NCBI RefSeq assembly: GCF_028693495.1
Contig: NZ_JAQUVG010000003.1
Location: 8,416-72,415, forward strand
Direction of reading: 5' to 3'
Origin: Zoogloea sp.
Lineage (GTDB): Bacteria > Pseudomonadota > Gammaproteobacteria > Burkholderiales > Rhodocyclaceae
DNA: 64,000 bases
A program made the position numbers and the translations under genes. The notes under the pieces were generated by a model. It was not told where the DNA came from. It did no database searches and worked only from the letters and a program-made list of their open reading frames with translations. How positions within the stretch are numbered: the first letter of the stretch is position 1; the number at the start of each line of letters is the position of its first letter. Positions 44,739-54,919 of the stretch are shown here, piece by piece.

Positions 44739-44863
44739 CCTCCCGCGGGCAGGATGCGCCCCGGGAGCCTCCGGGGGCCCATTTACTTGACCCATGCGGT
44801 TGTTCCGCCCGGGTCCGTCGGGCAGAATGCGCCGACTTTTGAATTTCCCGGCCCTGCTTACCG

Positions 44864-45478
44864 ATGCTCCGTGCCCACGGACTTGCCTGTGATCGCGGTG
44901 ACCGCCGCCTCTTTTCCGGAGTGGACCTGAGAGTTCAACCTGGGGAATGGCTGCAGGTGGAAGGTGCCAACGGCGCTGGCAAGACCAGCCTACTGCGGAT
45001 CCTGGCGGGTCTGTCCCCAGCGGCAGAAGGCCGGATCGAATGGAACGAGAGCGCGGTCTGCGACGCCCGTGACGAATACCACGCCCGCCTGCTCTACCTG
45101 GGCCATGGCCCCGCCATCAAGGATGATCTGTCCGGCCTGGAAAACCTGCAGGCCAGCGCTGCCATCGCCGGTCACCCCCTGGAAGAAGGCACAGCCCTCG
45201 CCGCACTGCGGCGGATCGGTTTGAGAGGTCGGGAAGAGCTGCCCACCCGGGTACTCTCCCAAGGCCAGAAGCGTCGGGTTGCCCTGGCCCGCCTGCTGTG
45301 CAGCCAGGCCCGCCTGTGGATCCTTGACGAACCTTTCGTGGCCCTCGACGTGGCCGCAGTGGACCAGCTGTGCGGAATCCTCGACGAACACCTGAGCAGG
45401 GGCGGCCTGCTGATCTTCACCAGCCACCAGCCGGTACGCCTGGCCGGCCAGGGCGGCTGCCTGAGGCTGGGCCAATGA
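44864..45478 (+). CDS. ccmA: Heme exporter ATP-binding protein CcmA
   Basis: ABC motifs GANGAGKTSLLRILAG, LSQGQKRRVALARL and LWILDEP. First gene of the ccm operon. Confidence 0.93.
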   Translation: MLRAHGLACDRGDRRLFSGVDLRVQPGEWLQVEGANGAGKTSLLRILAGLSPAAEGRIEWNESAVCDARDEYHARLLYLGHGPAIKDDLSGLENLQASAAIAGHPLEEGTALAALRRIGLRGREELPTRVLSQGQKRRVALARLLCSQARLWILDEPFVALDVAAVDQLCGILDEHLSRGGLLIFTSHQPVRLAGQGGCLRLGQ

Positions 45479-46140
45479 ATGCTTTCGGCAGCGTGCTCCG
45501 CCGCGACCTGCTCCTGGCCACCCGGCGCAAGAGCGAGGTGCTCACGGCCCTCTTCTTCTTCATGATCGTGGTCAGCCTGTTTCCCCTGGGCATCGGGCCG
45601 GAAAGCGCCATCCTGCGCCGCATCGCCCCCGGAGTCCTGTGGGTGGCAGCCCTGCTGGCGGCCATGCTGTCCCTCAACCGGCTGTTTGCCGGGGACTACC
45701 AGGATGGAACTCTGGAACAGCTGGCCCTGTCTCCCACTCCGTTGGCGTTGCTGGTGGGCGGGAAGATACTGGCCCACTGGCTGACCTCGGGTCTGCCCCT
45801 GGTGGTGCTGGCACCGGTGCTGGGCCTGCAGTTCGACCTGCCGGCCGAAGCACTCGGGGTGATGATGCTCTCGCTGCTGCTGGGTACGCCGCTGCTGTCA
45901 CTGATCGGCGCCATCGGCGCGGCCCTCACCCTCGGCGTGCGGGGCGGGGGAGTGCTGCTGTCCCTGCTGGTGCTACCCCTCTATATTCCGACCCTGATCT
46001 TCGGTGCCGGTGCGGTGGAGGCCTACACCGCCGGCCTGGGTGCGGGCGCCAATCTGTCCCTGCTGGGGGCCCTGCTGGCCCTGGCTGTGTTTTTTGCTCC
46101 CTGGGCGGCCACCGCTGCCCTCCGCATCGCCCTGGAATGA
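45475..46140 (+). CDS. ccmB: Heme exporter membrane protein CcmB
   Basis: ATGA overlap with ccmA. Polytopic protein with the FFFMIVVSLFPLGIGPE... pattern. Confidence 0.92.
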   Translation: MNAFGSVLRRDLLLATRRKSEVLTALFFFMIVVSLFPLGIGPESAILRRIAPGVLWVAALLAAMLSLNRLFAGDYQDGTLEQLALSPTPLALLVGGKILAHWLTSGLPLVVLAPVLGLQFDLPAEALGVMMLSLLLGTPLLSLIGAIGAALTLGVRGGGVLLSLLVLPLYIPTLIFGAGAVEAYTAGLGAGANLSLLGALLALAVFFAPWAATAALRIALE

Positions 46141-46150
46141 GCTTCGTCCC

Positions 46151-46900
46151 ATGACGCCTTCGTCGATCAACTGGTTCAAATTTGCTGCCCCTGCCCGCTT
46201 TTATCCCCTGGCCGGGCGCCTGTGGCCCTGGTTTGCTGCCATCGGCACGTTGCTGGGGCTTGTCGGGCTGTGGATCAGCTTCTTCGTCGCCCCCACCGAT
46301 TTCCAGCAAGGGGAGGGCTACCGGATCATCTTCATCCACGTGCCGGCATCGTGGATGTCCATGTTCATCTACTGCGTGATGGCCTTCTACGCCCTGCTGG
46401 GGGTCACCTTCAACACCCGCCTGGCAGGCATGATGAGTTCGGCACTGGCCCCCACCGGCGCCCTGTTCGCCTTCCTGTCCCTATGGACCGGCGCCCTGTG
46501 GGGCAAGCCCATGTGGGGTACCTGGTGGGTATGGGATGCCCGCCTCACCTCCGAGCTGATCCTGTTTTTCCTCTATGTCGGCTACATCGCCCTCACGGCC
46601 GCCATCGACGACCCCCGCCGGGCCGACAAGGCCGGCTTCATCGTATCCCTGGTCGGCGTGGTGAACGTGCCAGTCATCTACTTCTCGGTGAAGTGGTGGA
46701 ACACCCTCCACCAGGGCGCCTCCGTCTCCCTGACCAAGGCGCCCTCAATGGCCACCACCATGCTCCTGGGCATGCTGATCATGGCCCTGGCGTTCTGGGC
46801 TTACACCATCGCGATGGCCCTTTACCGGGTGCGGGCCATCATCCTGGAACGGGAACGAAACGCCACCTGGGTGGCCGAACTGCCGGAGATGAAATCATGA
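46151..46900 (+). CDS. ccmC: Heme exporter protein CcmC
   Basis: WGTWWVWDARLTSELIL tryptophan-rich (WWD) heme-handling motif. Confidence 0.93.
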   Translation: MTPSSINWFKFAAPARFYPLAGRLWPWFAAIGTLLGLVGLWISFFVAPTDFQQGEGYRIIFIHVPASWMSMFIYCVMAFYALLGVTFNTRLAGMMSSALAPTGALFAFLSLWTGALWGKPMWGTWWVWDARLTSELILFFLYVGYIALTAAIDDPRRADKAGFIVSLVGVVNVPVIYFSVKWWNTLHQGASVSLTKAPSMATTMLLGMLIMALAFWAYTIAMALYRVRAIILERERNATWVAELPEMKS

Positions 46901-47079
46901 ACTGGGGCAGCACCAGCGACTTCCTGGCGATGGGTGGCTACGGCCTCTATGTGTGGGGCAGCTTCGGTGTGACCGCTGCCGCCCTGCTGGTCGAAGTGAT
47001 CCTCGTCCGCCAACGCCTCAGAAACACCCGCCGCGCCCTGCGCCGGGAAATTTCCGCCAACCGGAACAGCCAGGACTGA
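46897..47079 (+). CDS. ccmD: Heme exporter protein CcmD
   Basis: 60-aa single-TM protein ([22 protein letters not shown]). ATGA overlap with ccmC, positioned between ccmC and ccmE. Confidence 0.85.
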   Translation: MNWGSTSDFLAMGGYGLYVWGSFGVTAAALLVEVILVRQRLRNTRRALRREISANRNSQD

Positions 47080-47083
47080 AACC

Positions 47084-47524
47084 ATGAAAGCCCGCCAGAA
47101 ACGTTTCGCCATCGTGATCGGCGGCCTTGCCGCCCTCGGCATTGCCGCTGCACTGATCCTCAATGCCTTCCAGAGCAATCTGGTGTTCTTCTTCACTCCG
47201 ACCCAGGTAGCCGCCGGGGAAGCGCCCAAGGGGCGGGCCTTCCGGGTCGGCGGACTGGTCAAGGAAGGCAGCCTGCAGCGCAACGACATCACCGCGCGCT
47301 TCATCGTCACGGATACGGCACAGGAGATCCAGGTGGCCTACACCGGCATCCTTCCTGATCTGTTCAGTGAAGGCAAGGGGGTGGTCGCCCAGGGCACCCT
47401 GAGCCCGGACGGACAGTTCACGGCCAGTGAAGTCCTTGCCAAACACGACGAGAACTACATGCCCCCGGAAGCCCAGGCCGCGGTAGACAAGGCTCATGAA
47501 GCCAGCCGCTCCCTGCAACAGTAA
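47084..47524 (+). CDS. ccmE: Cytochrome c maturation heme chaperone CcmE
   Basis: FFFTPTQV...[11 protein letters not shown]...[13 protein letters not shown], including the heme-binding His region. Confidence 0.95.
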   Translation: MKARQKRFAIVIGGLAALGIAAALILNAFQSNLVFFFTPTQVAAGEAPKGRAFRVGGLVKEGSLQRNDITARFIVTDTAQEIQVAYTGILPDLFSEGKGVVAQGTLSPDGQFTASEVLAKHDENYMPPEAQAAVDKAHEASRSLQQ

Positions 47525-47548
47525 CCCTGGTTTTTACCTGACAACGCC

Positions 47549-49498
47549 ATGATCCCCGAACTCGGCAGTTTTGCCCTCGTCCTCGCCCTGCTGGTTGCCC
47601 TGATCCAGGGCACCCTACCGCTGATCGGTGCCCAGCGAGGCATTCCGGCCTGGATCGCCCTGGCCAGGCCCGCTGCCTCCGCCCTCTTCCTGCTCATCGC
47701 CATATCCTTCGGCTGCCTGACGGCCAGCTTCATACAGAACGATTTTTCGGTGGTTTACGTGGTCCAGCACAGCAATTCCCGGCTCCCCCTGGAATACCGC
47801 ATTTCCGGGGTATGGGGCGGCCACGAAGGCTCGCTGCTGCTGTGGGTGCTGATGCTGTCCCTGTGGTCCCTGGCCGTGGCGGCCTTCTCCCGCAGCCTGC
47901 CGGACGACATGGTGGCACGGGTCCAGGGAGTGCTGGGTCTGGTCGCAACCGGCTTCATCCTGTTCATCCTGACCACCTCCAGCCCCTTCGTCCGTCTGCT
48001 CCCCGGCGCCGACGATGGACGCGACCTGAACCCCCTGCTCCAGGATCCTGGGCTGATTTTCCACCCACCCATGCTCTACATGGGCTACGTGGGCTTCTCG
48101 GTGGCCTTCGCCTTTGCCATCGCCGCCCTGCTGTCCGGCCGGCTGGATGCTGCCTGGGCCCGCTGGTCCCGGCCGTGGACCACGGCGGCCTGGGTGTTTC
48201 TGACCCTGGGTATCGGCCTCGGGTCCATCTGGGCCTACTACGAGCTGGGCTGGGGAGGGTGGTGGTTCTGGGACCCTGTGGAGAACGCCTCCTTCATGCC
48301 CTGGCTGGTCGGGACCGCGCTGATTCACTCCCTCGCCGTTACGGAAAAGCGTGGCAGCTTCAAGAACTGGACCGTGCTGCTGGCCATCGGCGCCTTTTCC
48401 CTGTCCCTGCTCGGCACCTTCCTGGTCCGCTCCGGGGTGCTCAGTTCGGTGCATGCCTTCGCCTCCGACCCCAAACGCGGGGTCTTCATCCTGATCTTCC
48501 TGGTGGTGGTGGTGGGCGCCTCCCTCGTCCTGTACGCCTGGCGGGCGCCCAGGGTCAGCCTGGGCGGGGCCTTCGCGCTGATGTCCCGGGAAACCTTCCT
48601 GCTCGTCAATAACGTGCTGCTGCTGTCGGCCACCGGCGCGGTGCTGCTGGGCACCTTGTACCCGCTGGTGATCGATGCCCTCAACCTGGGCAAGCTGTCT
48701 GTCGGCCCCCCCTATTTCAACGCGGTGTTCACCCCACTGATGGTGCCGGCGCTGTTCCTGATGGGGGTAGGACCGGTGGCGCGCTGGAAACACACCGACC
48801 TGGCCGACATCCTCCGCCCCCTGCGCCTGGCCTTTGCCGTGGCGGTGGCCCTGGGCGTCAGCGTGCCCTTCCTGTTCGGCGGCTGGTCCGGACCCGTAGC
48901 CCTGGGCATCGGTCTGGCCATCTGGATCGCTGGAGCTTCCGTCCTGCAGATCCTGGCGCGCGCCCGCCGCAGTCTGCCGCCACGGGCCTTCTGGGGCATG
49001 CACCTGGCACATATCGGGGTGGCCGTGTGCACCGTGGGTATCGTGATGGTCACCAACTACGAATCCGAACGGGACGTGCGCATGGCCCCTGGCGACACGG
49101 TCCAGACCGGCGGCTATCAGATCCGCTTCCTCGGCGTTGAAGCCGCCTCCGGGCCCAATTACAACGCAGCGCGGGGTAATCTGGAACTGATCCAGGACGG
49201 CCGGGTGCTGATGGCCCTCCACCCGGAAAAACGCAAGTACCTGTCTTCGGCCATGCCCATGACCGAAGCCTTCATCGACTCCGGCCTGACCCGGGATATT
49301 TACGTTTCCCTGGGAGATCCGCTGGACGGCAACGATGGCGCCTGGAGCGTGCGCGTCTATCACAAGCCTTTTGTCAGCTGGATCTGGGCCGGTGCGGTAC
49401 TGATGGCCCTGGGAGGGCTGCTTGCCGCCACCGACCGTCGCTACCGCATCCAGTCCTCTTCTGCCCGGGTGGCCAAGACCGCCGTCCACGGAGCCTGA
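47549..49498 (+). CDS. ccmF: Cytochrome c-type biogenesis heme lyase subunit CcmF
   Basis: 649-aa polytopic protein with the WWD motif (GWGGWWFWDPVENASFMPW). Confidence 0.95.
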   Translation: MIPELGSFALVLALLVALIQGTLPLIGAQRGIPAWIALARPAASALFLLIAISFGCLTASFIQNDFSVVYVVQHSNSRLPLEYRISGVWGGHEGSLLLWVLMLSLWSLAVAAFSRSLPDDMVARVQGVLGLVATGFILFILTTSSPFVRLLPGADDGRDLNPLLQDPGLIFHPPMLYMGYVGFSVAFAFAIAALLSGRLDAAWARWSRPWTTAAWVFLTLGIGLGSIWAYYELGWGGWWFWDPVENASFMPWLVGTALIHSLAVTEKRGSFKNWTVLLAIGAFSLSLLGTFLVRSGVLSSVHAFASDPKRGVFILIFLVVVVGASLVLYAWRAPRVSLGGAFALMSRETFLLVNNVLLLSATGAVLLGTLYPLVIDALNLGKLSVGPPYFNAVFTPLMVPALFLMGVGPVARWKHTDLADILRPLRLAFAVAVALGVSVPFLFGGWSGPVALGIGLAIWIAGASVLQILARARRSLPPRAFWGMHLAHIGVAVCTVGIVMVTNYESERDVRMAPGDTVQTGGYQIRFLGVEAASGPNYNAARGNLELIQDGRVLMALHPEKRKYLSSAMPMTEAFIDSGLTRDIYVSLGDPLDGNDGAWSVRVYHKPFVSWIWAGAVLMALGGLLAATDRRYRIQSSSARVAKTAVHGA

Positions 49499-49501
49499 AC
49501 A

Positions 49502-50092
49502 GTGAAACGCTTCCTGATTCCCCTGGGCCTGTTCCTGGTCCTCGTCATCTTCCTGGCCATCGGCCTCAACAAGGACCCCCACGAGGTTCCCTCGCCCCTG
49601 GTGGGCAAGCCGACACCGGACTTCCGCCTGGCCACCCTGGCTGAACCGGACAGGCAGTTTTCCCCCACAGACATGCGCGGCCAGGTCTGGCTGCTCAACG
49701 TGTGGGCCTCCTGGTGCGTCTCCTGCCGCGCCGAACACCCGCTGCTGGTCAGCTTTGCCAGACAGGGCGGGCTGCCCATCGTCGGCCTGAATTACAAGGA
49801 AGTACGCGGTGATGGCGGCCTGGATGCAAAGAAGCTGCCCCTGGAGGAGGAAACTGCCCTCGCCCGCCAGCGGGCCAACACCTGGCTCCGTCAGCACGGA
49901 GACCCCTACACCCTGTCGGTCATCGACCTGGATGGACGGGTGGGCATCGACTACGGAGTCTATGGCGTGCCGGAGACCTACCTGATCGACAAGAAAGGGA
50001 TCATCCGCTTCAAGCAGATCGGCCCGATCACCCCCGAGGCCCTGGAGAAGAAGATCCTGCCTCTGGCCCGCCAGCTGGCAAGCGAATCCTGA
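49502..50092 (+). CDS. ccmG: Thiol:disulfide interchange protein CcmG/DsbE
   Basis: NVWASWCVSCRAEHP thioredoxin motif and GVYGVPETYLID. GTG start. Confidence 0.93.
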   Translation: MKRFLIPLGLFLVLVIFLAIGLNKDPHEVPSPLVGKPTPDFRLATLAEPDRQFSPTDMRGQVWLLNVWASWCVSCRAEHPLLVSFARQGGLPIVGLNYKEVRGDGGLDAKKLPLEEETALARQRANTWLRQHGDPYTLSVIDLDGRVGIDYGVYGVPETYLIDKKGIIRFKQIGPITPEALEKKILPLARQLASES

Positions 50093-50093
50093 C

Positions 50094-50600
50094 ATGAAGC
50101 GTACCCTCACCCAACTCGCGGCAGCCCTGCTTCTAGGCCCGCTGCTGCCCGTCGCCCCCGGTCACGCGGCCGAGGCCACACCCATGGCCGCCAACCCCCA
50201 GGTGGAAGCCCGCCTCATCGCCATTTCAGAAGAGCTGCGCTGCCTGGTCTGCCAGAACGAAAGCCTTGCGGGCTCCCGGGCCGAGCTGGCCGAAGACCTG
50301 CGCCGGGAGGTACGCCTGCAGATCGAGGAGGGCAAAAGCGACACCGCGATCAAGGACTACCTGGTGGCACGCTACGGCGACTTCGTGCTCTATCGCCCCC
50401 CCGTCAAACCGACCACCTGGCTGCTCTGGTATGGCCCCTTCGTGATCCTTGCCGGGGCTGTGCTCGGCCTGATCGCCTACCTGCGGCGGCGCGCACGCCA
50501 GTCGCAGCCTCCCGCCCTTTCCGCTACCGACCGAGCTGCTGCCGAAGCCCTGCTGGCCGATGACAGCGGGACGCCCTCCCGTCCCAAGGACGCACCATGA
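50094..50600 (+). CDS. ccmH: Cytochrome c-type biogenesis protein CcmH (NrfF/CycL-like)
   Basis: LRCLVCQNESLAGS (CxxC) motif, followed by a TM segment. Confidence 0.92.
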   Translation: MKRTLTQLAAALLLGPLLPVAPGHAAEATPMAANPQVEARLIAISEELRCLVCQNESLAGSRAELAEDLRREVRLQIEEGKSDTAIKDYLVARYGDFVLYRPPVKPTTWLLWYGPFVILAGAVLGLIAYLRRRARQSQPPALSATDRAAAEALLADDSGTPSRPKDAP

Positions 50601-51835
50601 CTGCCTTCTGGATTTCTGCCGGCCTCCTGACCCTGCTGGCCCTGACCATTGTCTGCTGGCCCCTGCTGCGCCGTCGCCAGGGCAGCGCCGCCTCCCGCCG
50701 GGCAATCAATGCTGCCATCTACCGGGATCAGCTCGCCGAGCTGGAACGGGACATGGCCAACGGCACCCTTTCCCCCGCAGACCACGCGACGGCCAGGGAG
50801 GAACTGGAGCGCCGCATCCTTGAAGACCTGGGGGAAGAAGCAGAGCCCATGACAACGCCTCCTGGACGACTCCCCCGCACCGCCCTGGGTCTCACGGTGA
50901 GCCTGCCGCTGGCAGCAGTGGCCCTGTACTTCGTGCTGGGCAATCCTCAGGCGCTGGATCCGGCCAGCCATCAGGTGGCCACCCAAAGTGCCGCCGAGGT
51001 GGAGCAGATGGTCGCCAACCTGGCGGAGCGTCTCAGGACCAACCCGGACAACCCGGAAGGCTGGGCGATGCTGGCCCGCAGCTACAAGGTAATGGGCCGT
51101 CTCGACGCAGCGGCTCAGGCCTTCGACAAGGCGGGCAGCTTTGTCGAATCCGATCCGGACCTGATGCTGGACGTGGCCGAGCTGTCGGCTGAAATGAACG
51201 AAGGCAGGGTTGAAGGCCGCGGGGCCGAACTCCTCAGAAAGGTACTCAAGGAACATCCGGACAGCCCGCAGGCCCTGGTACTGGCCGGCACGGACGCCTA
51301 CTTCCGGAAGCAGTATCCCCAGGCGCTGGTCCACTGGGAAAAGGTCCTGGCCCAGCTGCCTCCCGACTCGGAGGAAGGACAGGCCCTGGCCGCAGGCGTC
51401 GCGAAGGTGCGCAGCCTGATGAGCCCCCAGGCCACAACGACAACGCCTGCAGCCCCCCTGGGCAGCAACGACAAGGTCACGCCCGACGCGGCATCGACCC
51501 TCAGTGGTCGGGTCAGCCTTGCGGCAGCCCTGAAGGACAAGGCCCGCCCCGAGGACACCGTGTTCATCTTCGCCCGTGCGGTGGAGGGCTCCCGGATGCC
51601 CCTGGCGGTGGTACGTGCCCGGGTGGCCGACCTGCCCAGGGACTTTGTCCTCGACGACAGCATGGCCATGACGCCCGACACGAAGCTGTCCTCGGTACCC
51701 GCTGTGATGATCGAAGCCCGGGTCTCCCGGTCAGGTGACGCCAAAGCCCAGCCAGGCGACCTGACTGGTGAAATTGGCCCAATCAGACCGGGTAGCAGCG
51801 GGGTCGCGATCCAGATCGAGCGGATCCTGCCCTGA
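50597..51835 (+). CDS. ccmI: Cytochrome c-type biogenesis protein CcmI (TPR-containing)
   Basis: ATGA overlap with ccmH. N-terminal TM helices, then TPR-like repeats (NPDNPEGWAMLARSYKVMGRLDAAAQAFDKA). Confidence 0.88.
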   Translation: MTAFWISAGLLTLLALTIVCWPLLRRRQGSAASRRAINAAIYRDQLAELERDMANGTLSPADHATAREELERRILEDLGEEAEPMTTPPGRLPRTALGLTVSLPLAAVALYFVLGNPQALDPASHQVATQSAAEVEQMVANLAERLRTNPDNPEGWAMLARSYKVMGRLDAAAQAFDKAGSFVESDPDLMLDVAELSAEMNEGRVEGRGAELLRKVLKEHPDSPQALVLAGTDAYFRKQYPQALVHWEKVLAQLPPDSEEGQALAAGVAKVRSLMSPQATTTTPAAPLGSNDKVTPDAASTLSGRVSLAAALKDKARPEDTVFIFARAVEGSRMPLAVVRARVADLPRDFVLDDSMAMTPDTKLSSVPAVMIEARVSRSGDAKAQPGDLTGEIGPIRPGSSGVAIQIERILP

Positions 51836-54337
51836 TCAGTGCGGCAGGAGGGGCTGACCGGCCTCCTCCTGCGGTGCCCCCGCATGGAAAAAGCGGATCG
51901 CATTGCGTCCCGCCGATTTGGCCCGGTACATGGCGATATCCGCCTGCTTGATCAATTCACCCCTGGCTTCATCCCGCCCCCGGAACAGACAGACGCCAAT
52001 GCTGGCCGAACAGCGATGGGTGACCACCGCCCCACCGGTCGGCAGGCTCAGGCAGTAAGGCTCGGCCAGCACCTGGCGCAATTTCTCTGCCACCTGCCGG
52101 GCCTGGGCGCCAGCCTGAGCCTCGTTCGCGTCAAGGCCTTCGAGGATGACAACGAATTCATCCCCACCCAGGCGGGCAACCGTGTCCGTCTCCCGCATGC
52201 ACGCAGTCAGGCGACGGGCCACCTCGACCAGGAGCTCGTCACCCATCACATGACCATGACTGTCGTTGAGCCCCTTGAAGCTGTCCAGATCCAGGAAGAG
52301 CACGGCCCCCAGATGCTGACTGCGGGCGCTCAGGCCCATGGCCTGATCCAGCCGGTCATGGAACAGACGCCGGTTGGGGAGCTGGGTCAAGGGATCGAAG
52401 AAGGCCAGCCGGTGAATCTGCTCCTCGGCTTTCTTGTGCTCGGTGATATCGGAGAAGGCCGCCACGTAATGGGTCAGACGCCCGGAAGGGTCGCGGACCT
52501 CTGAAATGGTTGCCCACTCCACAAACACCACCCCATCCTTGCGCCGGTTCCACAGCTCCCCCTGCCAGAAGCCGTCCCGGACAAGCCCCGTCCTCAACTC
52601 ATCATAGAATTCGGCCGAATGATGGCCGGAGCGCAGCAAGGCCGGAGTCTGGCCAATCGCCTCACCGGGTGTGTAACCCGTCATCACGGTGAAGGCCTGG
52701 TTGACCCGCAAGATGCGCTCCCGCGCATCCGTGATGAAGATACCCTGCTGGGTTTCAAAGGTGGCGGCGGCAATGCGCAATTCGCTTTCAGTCTCCTTGG
52801 ACTCGGTAATATCCATCGCAAAGCCATGCCAGCTTACTGAACCATCAGGATCCGCCTCGGGCAAGGCATCGATCCGGACCCACCGCAGCCCCCGCTGCGG
52901 GTGGTGGATACGGCACTCCACCCGCCAGGGGCCGAGACCTGCCGCCGCAGTGCGCTGGCTTTCCAGGTACAAGGGCACATCATCGGGGTGAACCAGCCTC
53001 AGCAGAAGACTGCTGTCGCCCATCAGATCCTCGGGTGCCAGGCCGGACAACTCCCGGACCGCGTCACTGACATAACTGAGCATTTGAACCCCGTCGGGAG
53101 CCACCCGGAACTGGAACACCACCCCGGGCACCTGGGCCACGATCGTCCGGAGACGCTGATTGAAACTGTGCTCCGCCGCCCGGGCTTCGCTCTCGACAAT
53201 GGCATCCAGAAGCCCGTTGAAAGCGCCTGCCAGAGCGCCGATCTCGTCATCCCGACGCACGGGCAGATGCCGACGCGGCAGGGTACCGTCCTTCATGCCG
53301 GCAAGCAGGCGGGCCGCCTCCCCAAGGGGGGTCAGCTCCCGTCTCAACCACCACCAGGCGAGCCCTCCCGCCATCAGGGTCAGTCCGACGGCCGCCGCCA
53401 GCAAGCGCAACTGGAGGGCATCCAGAGGAGCAAATGCCTCCTCAGCCGGCAACACCGACTGCATCAACCACCCCGTGGAGGACACCCGCTTGCTGGAAGA
53501 CAGCTCGACGACCCCCTGGGAGCTGAGGGCCAGACCCGAACCGTCGTACCCCTCGATATAACGGTCGTACACCGGATTGACTCCCTTTGGGGGACCCGGC
53601 TGCATTACCCGGCTTTTGTTGGTACCCGCAATGAAGATGCGCTGCACGGGGTCGGTAATCAGGTAACCGCCCCTGCGGCCAAAGGTATTGGCACCGATTT
53701 CATCAAGAAAATTAGGTTGTGCGAGATTCACAAGACCGATCAGGGTCCCCACGGTTTCGCCGCCCCGATCCCTCAGGGGCACGACCATCGGCACCAAGGG
53801 CTGGCCGGAGGTCCGGCCCAGCTGAGCCTGTCCAATGACGGCAACCCCTGTCTCGAGCACTTGCCGGATCACGGGGACATCCAGGTAATTGATGCCGTCC
53901 CAGCCGTGGTGTTCGGGAATACCCACCAGAGTCGTTCCTTTCTGGTCAGTGACCAGAACCCCCCAGTTGAAAAGGATCTGCAGCACCTTCTGGGCACGGA
54001 TCTGCCGGCGCAGTTGCACAGGATCCGCCAGGATCTCTTCCGTCAAGTCCCCGGCCACCATCTCCAGGGCCTTCATACGCTCATTCACCGAACGATCGAT
54101 CTCACCGGCCAGCAGGGACACCACCGAGAACTGCTGAGCCGACAGGGCCGTCTGTACCTCCTGGCGCAGGTGGTACCCCAGGCCCAGGGTAGTCAGCCAA
54201 AGGGCCAGCAGAACGCCCGTCAGGACCCCTGTGGCCACCCGCAGGCGCAGGGATCCCCGCCACAGGGAGCGGATGCTCCGCCAGCGGTCAACGGCCAAGG
54301 ATTCAGTCCATGCGCTCATGGGGCTCGTGGGTGCCAT
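51836..54337 (-). CDS. Sensor diguanylate cyclase (periplasmic Cache-like domain, HAMP, two PAS domains, GGDEF)
   Basis: A TM segment, a ~270-aa extracytoplasmic domain and a second TM. Then HAMP, PAS, PAS and GGDEF with an intact active-site motif (RLGGDEFVVIL). No EAL domain. Confidence 0.9.
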   Translation of the reverse strand: MAPTSPMSAWTESLAVDRWRSIRSLWRGSLRLRVATGVLTGVLLALWLTTLGLGYHLRQEVQTALSAQQFSVVSLLAGEIDRSVNERMKALEMVAGDLTEEILADPVQLRRQIRAQKVLQILFNWGVLVTDQKGTTLVGIPEHHGWDGINYLDVPVIRQVLETGVAVIGQAQLGRTSGQPLVPMVVPLRDRGGETVGTLIGLVNLAQPNFLDEIGANTFGRRGGYLITDPVQRIFIAGTNKSRVMQPGPPKGVNPVYDRYIEGYDGSGLALSSQGVVELSSSKRVSSTGWLMQSVLPAEEAFAPLDALQLRLLAAAVGLTLMAGGLAWWWLRRELTPLGEAARLLAGMKDGTLPRRHLPVRRDDEIGALAGAFNGLLDAIVESEARAAEHSFNQRLRTIVAQVPGVVFQFRVAPDGVQMLSYVSDAVRELSGLAPEDLMGDSSLLLRLVHPDDVPLYLESQRTAAAGLGPWRVECRIHHPQRGLRWVRIDALPEADPDGSVSWHGFAMDITESKETESELRIAAATFETQQGIFITDARERILRVNQAFTVMTGYTPGEAIGQTPALLRSGHHSAEFYDELRTGLVRDGFWQGELWNRRKDGVVFVEWATISEVRDPSGRLTHYVAAFSDITEHKKAEEQIHRLAFFDPLTQLPNRRLFHDRLDQAMGLSARSQHLGAVLFLDLDSFKGLNDSHGHVMGDELLVEVARRLTACMRETDTVARLGGDEFVVILEGLDANEAQAGAQARQVAEKLRQVLAEPYCLSLPTGGAVVTHRCSASIGVCLFRGRDEARGELIKQADIAMYRAKSAGRNAIRFFHAGAPQEEAGQPLLPH

Positions 54338-54533
54338 CTTGCGGAGCAGCGTTCATTGAACATCATCGACTATGCCCGATATCCTGCAATGGAAGTGGCC
54401 AGATCACCGGCGGCCCTTGTCCCTGATCACATGCAAGCGACAGGGTAGCGCCGGTCGGGCACGTTTGTCCCTGCGCCTTCTCAACAATAGCCTTTGCGGC
54501 TTGCGGGAGGCATACTTTACAGCTGTCCGGAAA

Positions 54534-54887
54534 ATGTTCATGACTGTCCGAAATTTGCTGCACCCCCTGCCTCCGCCAGGTCCCGAAGAACACATTGAAA
54601 CGCTCCTGGCACGCCCCGGCCTGAAGGTGGAGCGCATCGTCTCCCATGGGCACGCCAGCCCGCCTGGATTCTGGTACGAACAGACGGACGACGAGTGGGT
54701 GATGCTGGTTCAGGGCTGCGCAGAACTGCTCTTCGAATGCGGGGAAAACCTGCCCCTCCGACCAGGGGACTGGCTGCAGATCCCCGCGGGACGTCGCCAC
54801 CGGGTGGCCTCGACGGACCCCGACACGGTCTGGCTGACCATCCATGTCACGCCCGGAGACCCCACACGCTTTTCCCGATCTTTCTGA
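54534..54887 (+). CDS. Cupin-domain protein
   Basis: Small beta-barrel pattern ...ERIVSHGHASPPGFWYEQTDDEWVMLVQGCAELLF...GDWLQIPAGRRHRV. The start is uncertain (ATG 54534 or 54540; the track start at 54372 is less likely). Confidence 0.68.
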   Translation: MFMTVRNLLHPLPPPGPEEHIETLLARPGLKVERIVSHGHASPPGFWYEQTDDEWVMLVQGCAELLFECGENLPLRPGDWLQIPAGRRHRVASTDPDTVWLTIHVTPGDPTRFSRSF

Positions 54888-54919
54888 CCCACTGGAGAAA
54901 CGTCCATGCTCCTTCCCCC

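Noticed and set aside
47615-50110. 831-aa minus-strand ORF across ccmF, ccmG and the start of ccmH.
   Set aside because: It is antisense to three genes that carry unmistakable Ccm motifs (WWD, CxxC). Its composition is extremely Gly/Gln/His/Pro/Asp-rich, consistent with a shadow ORF.
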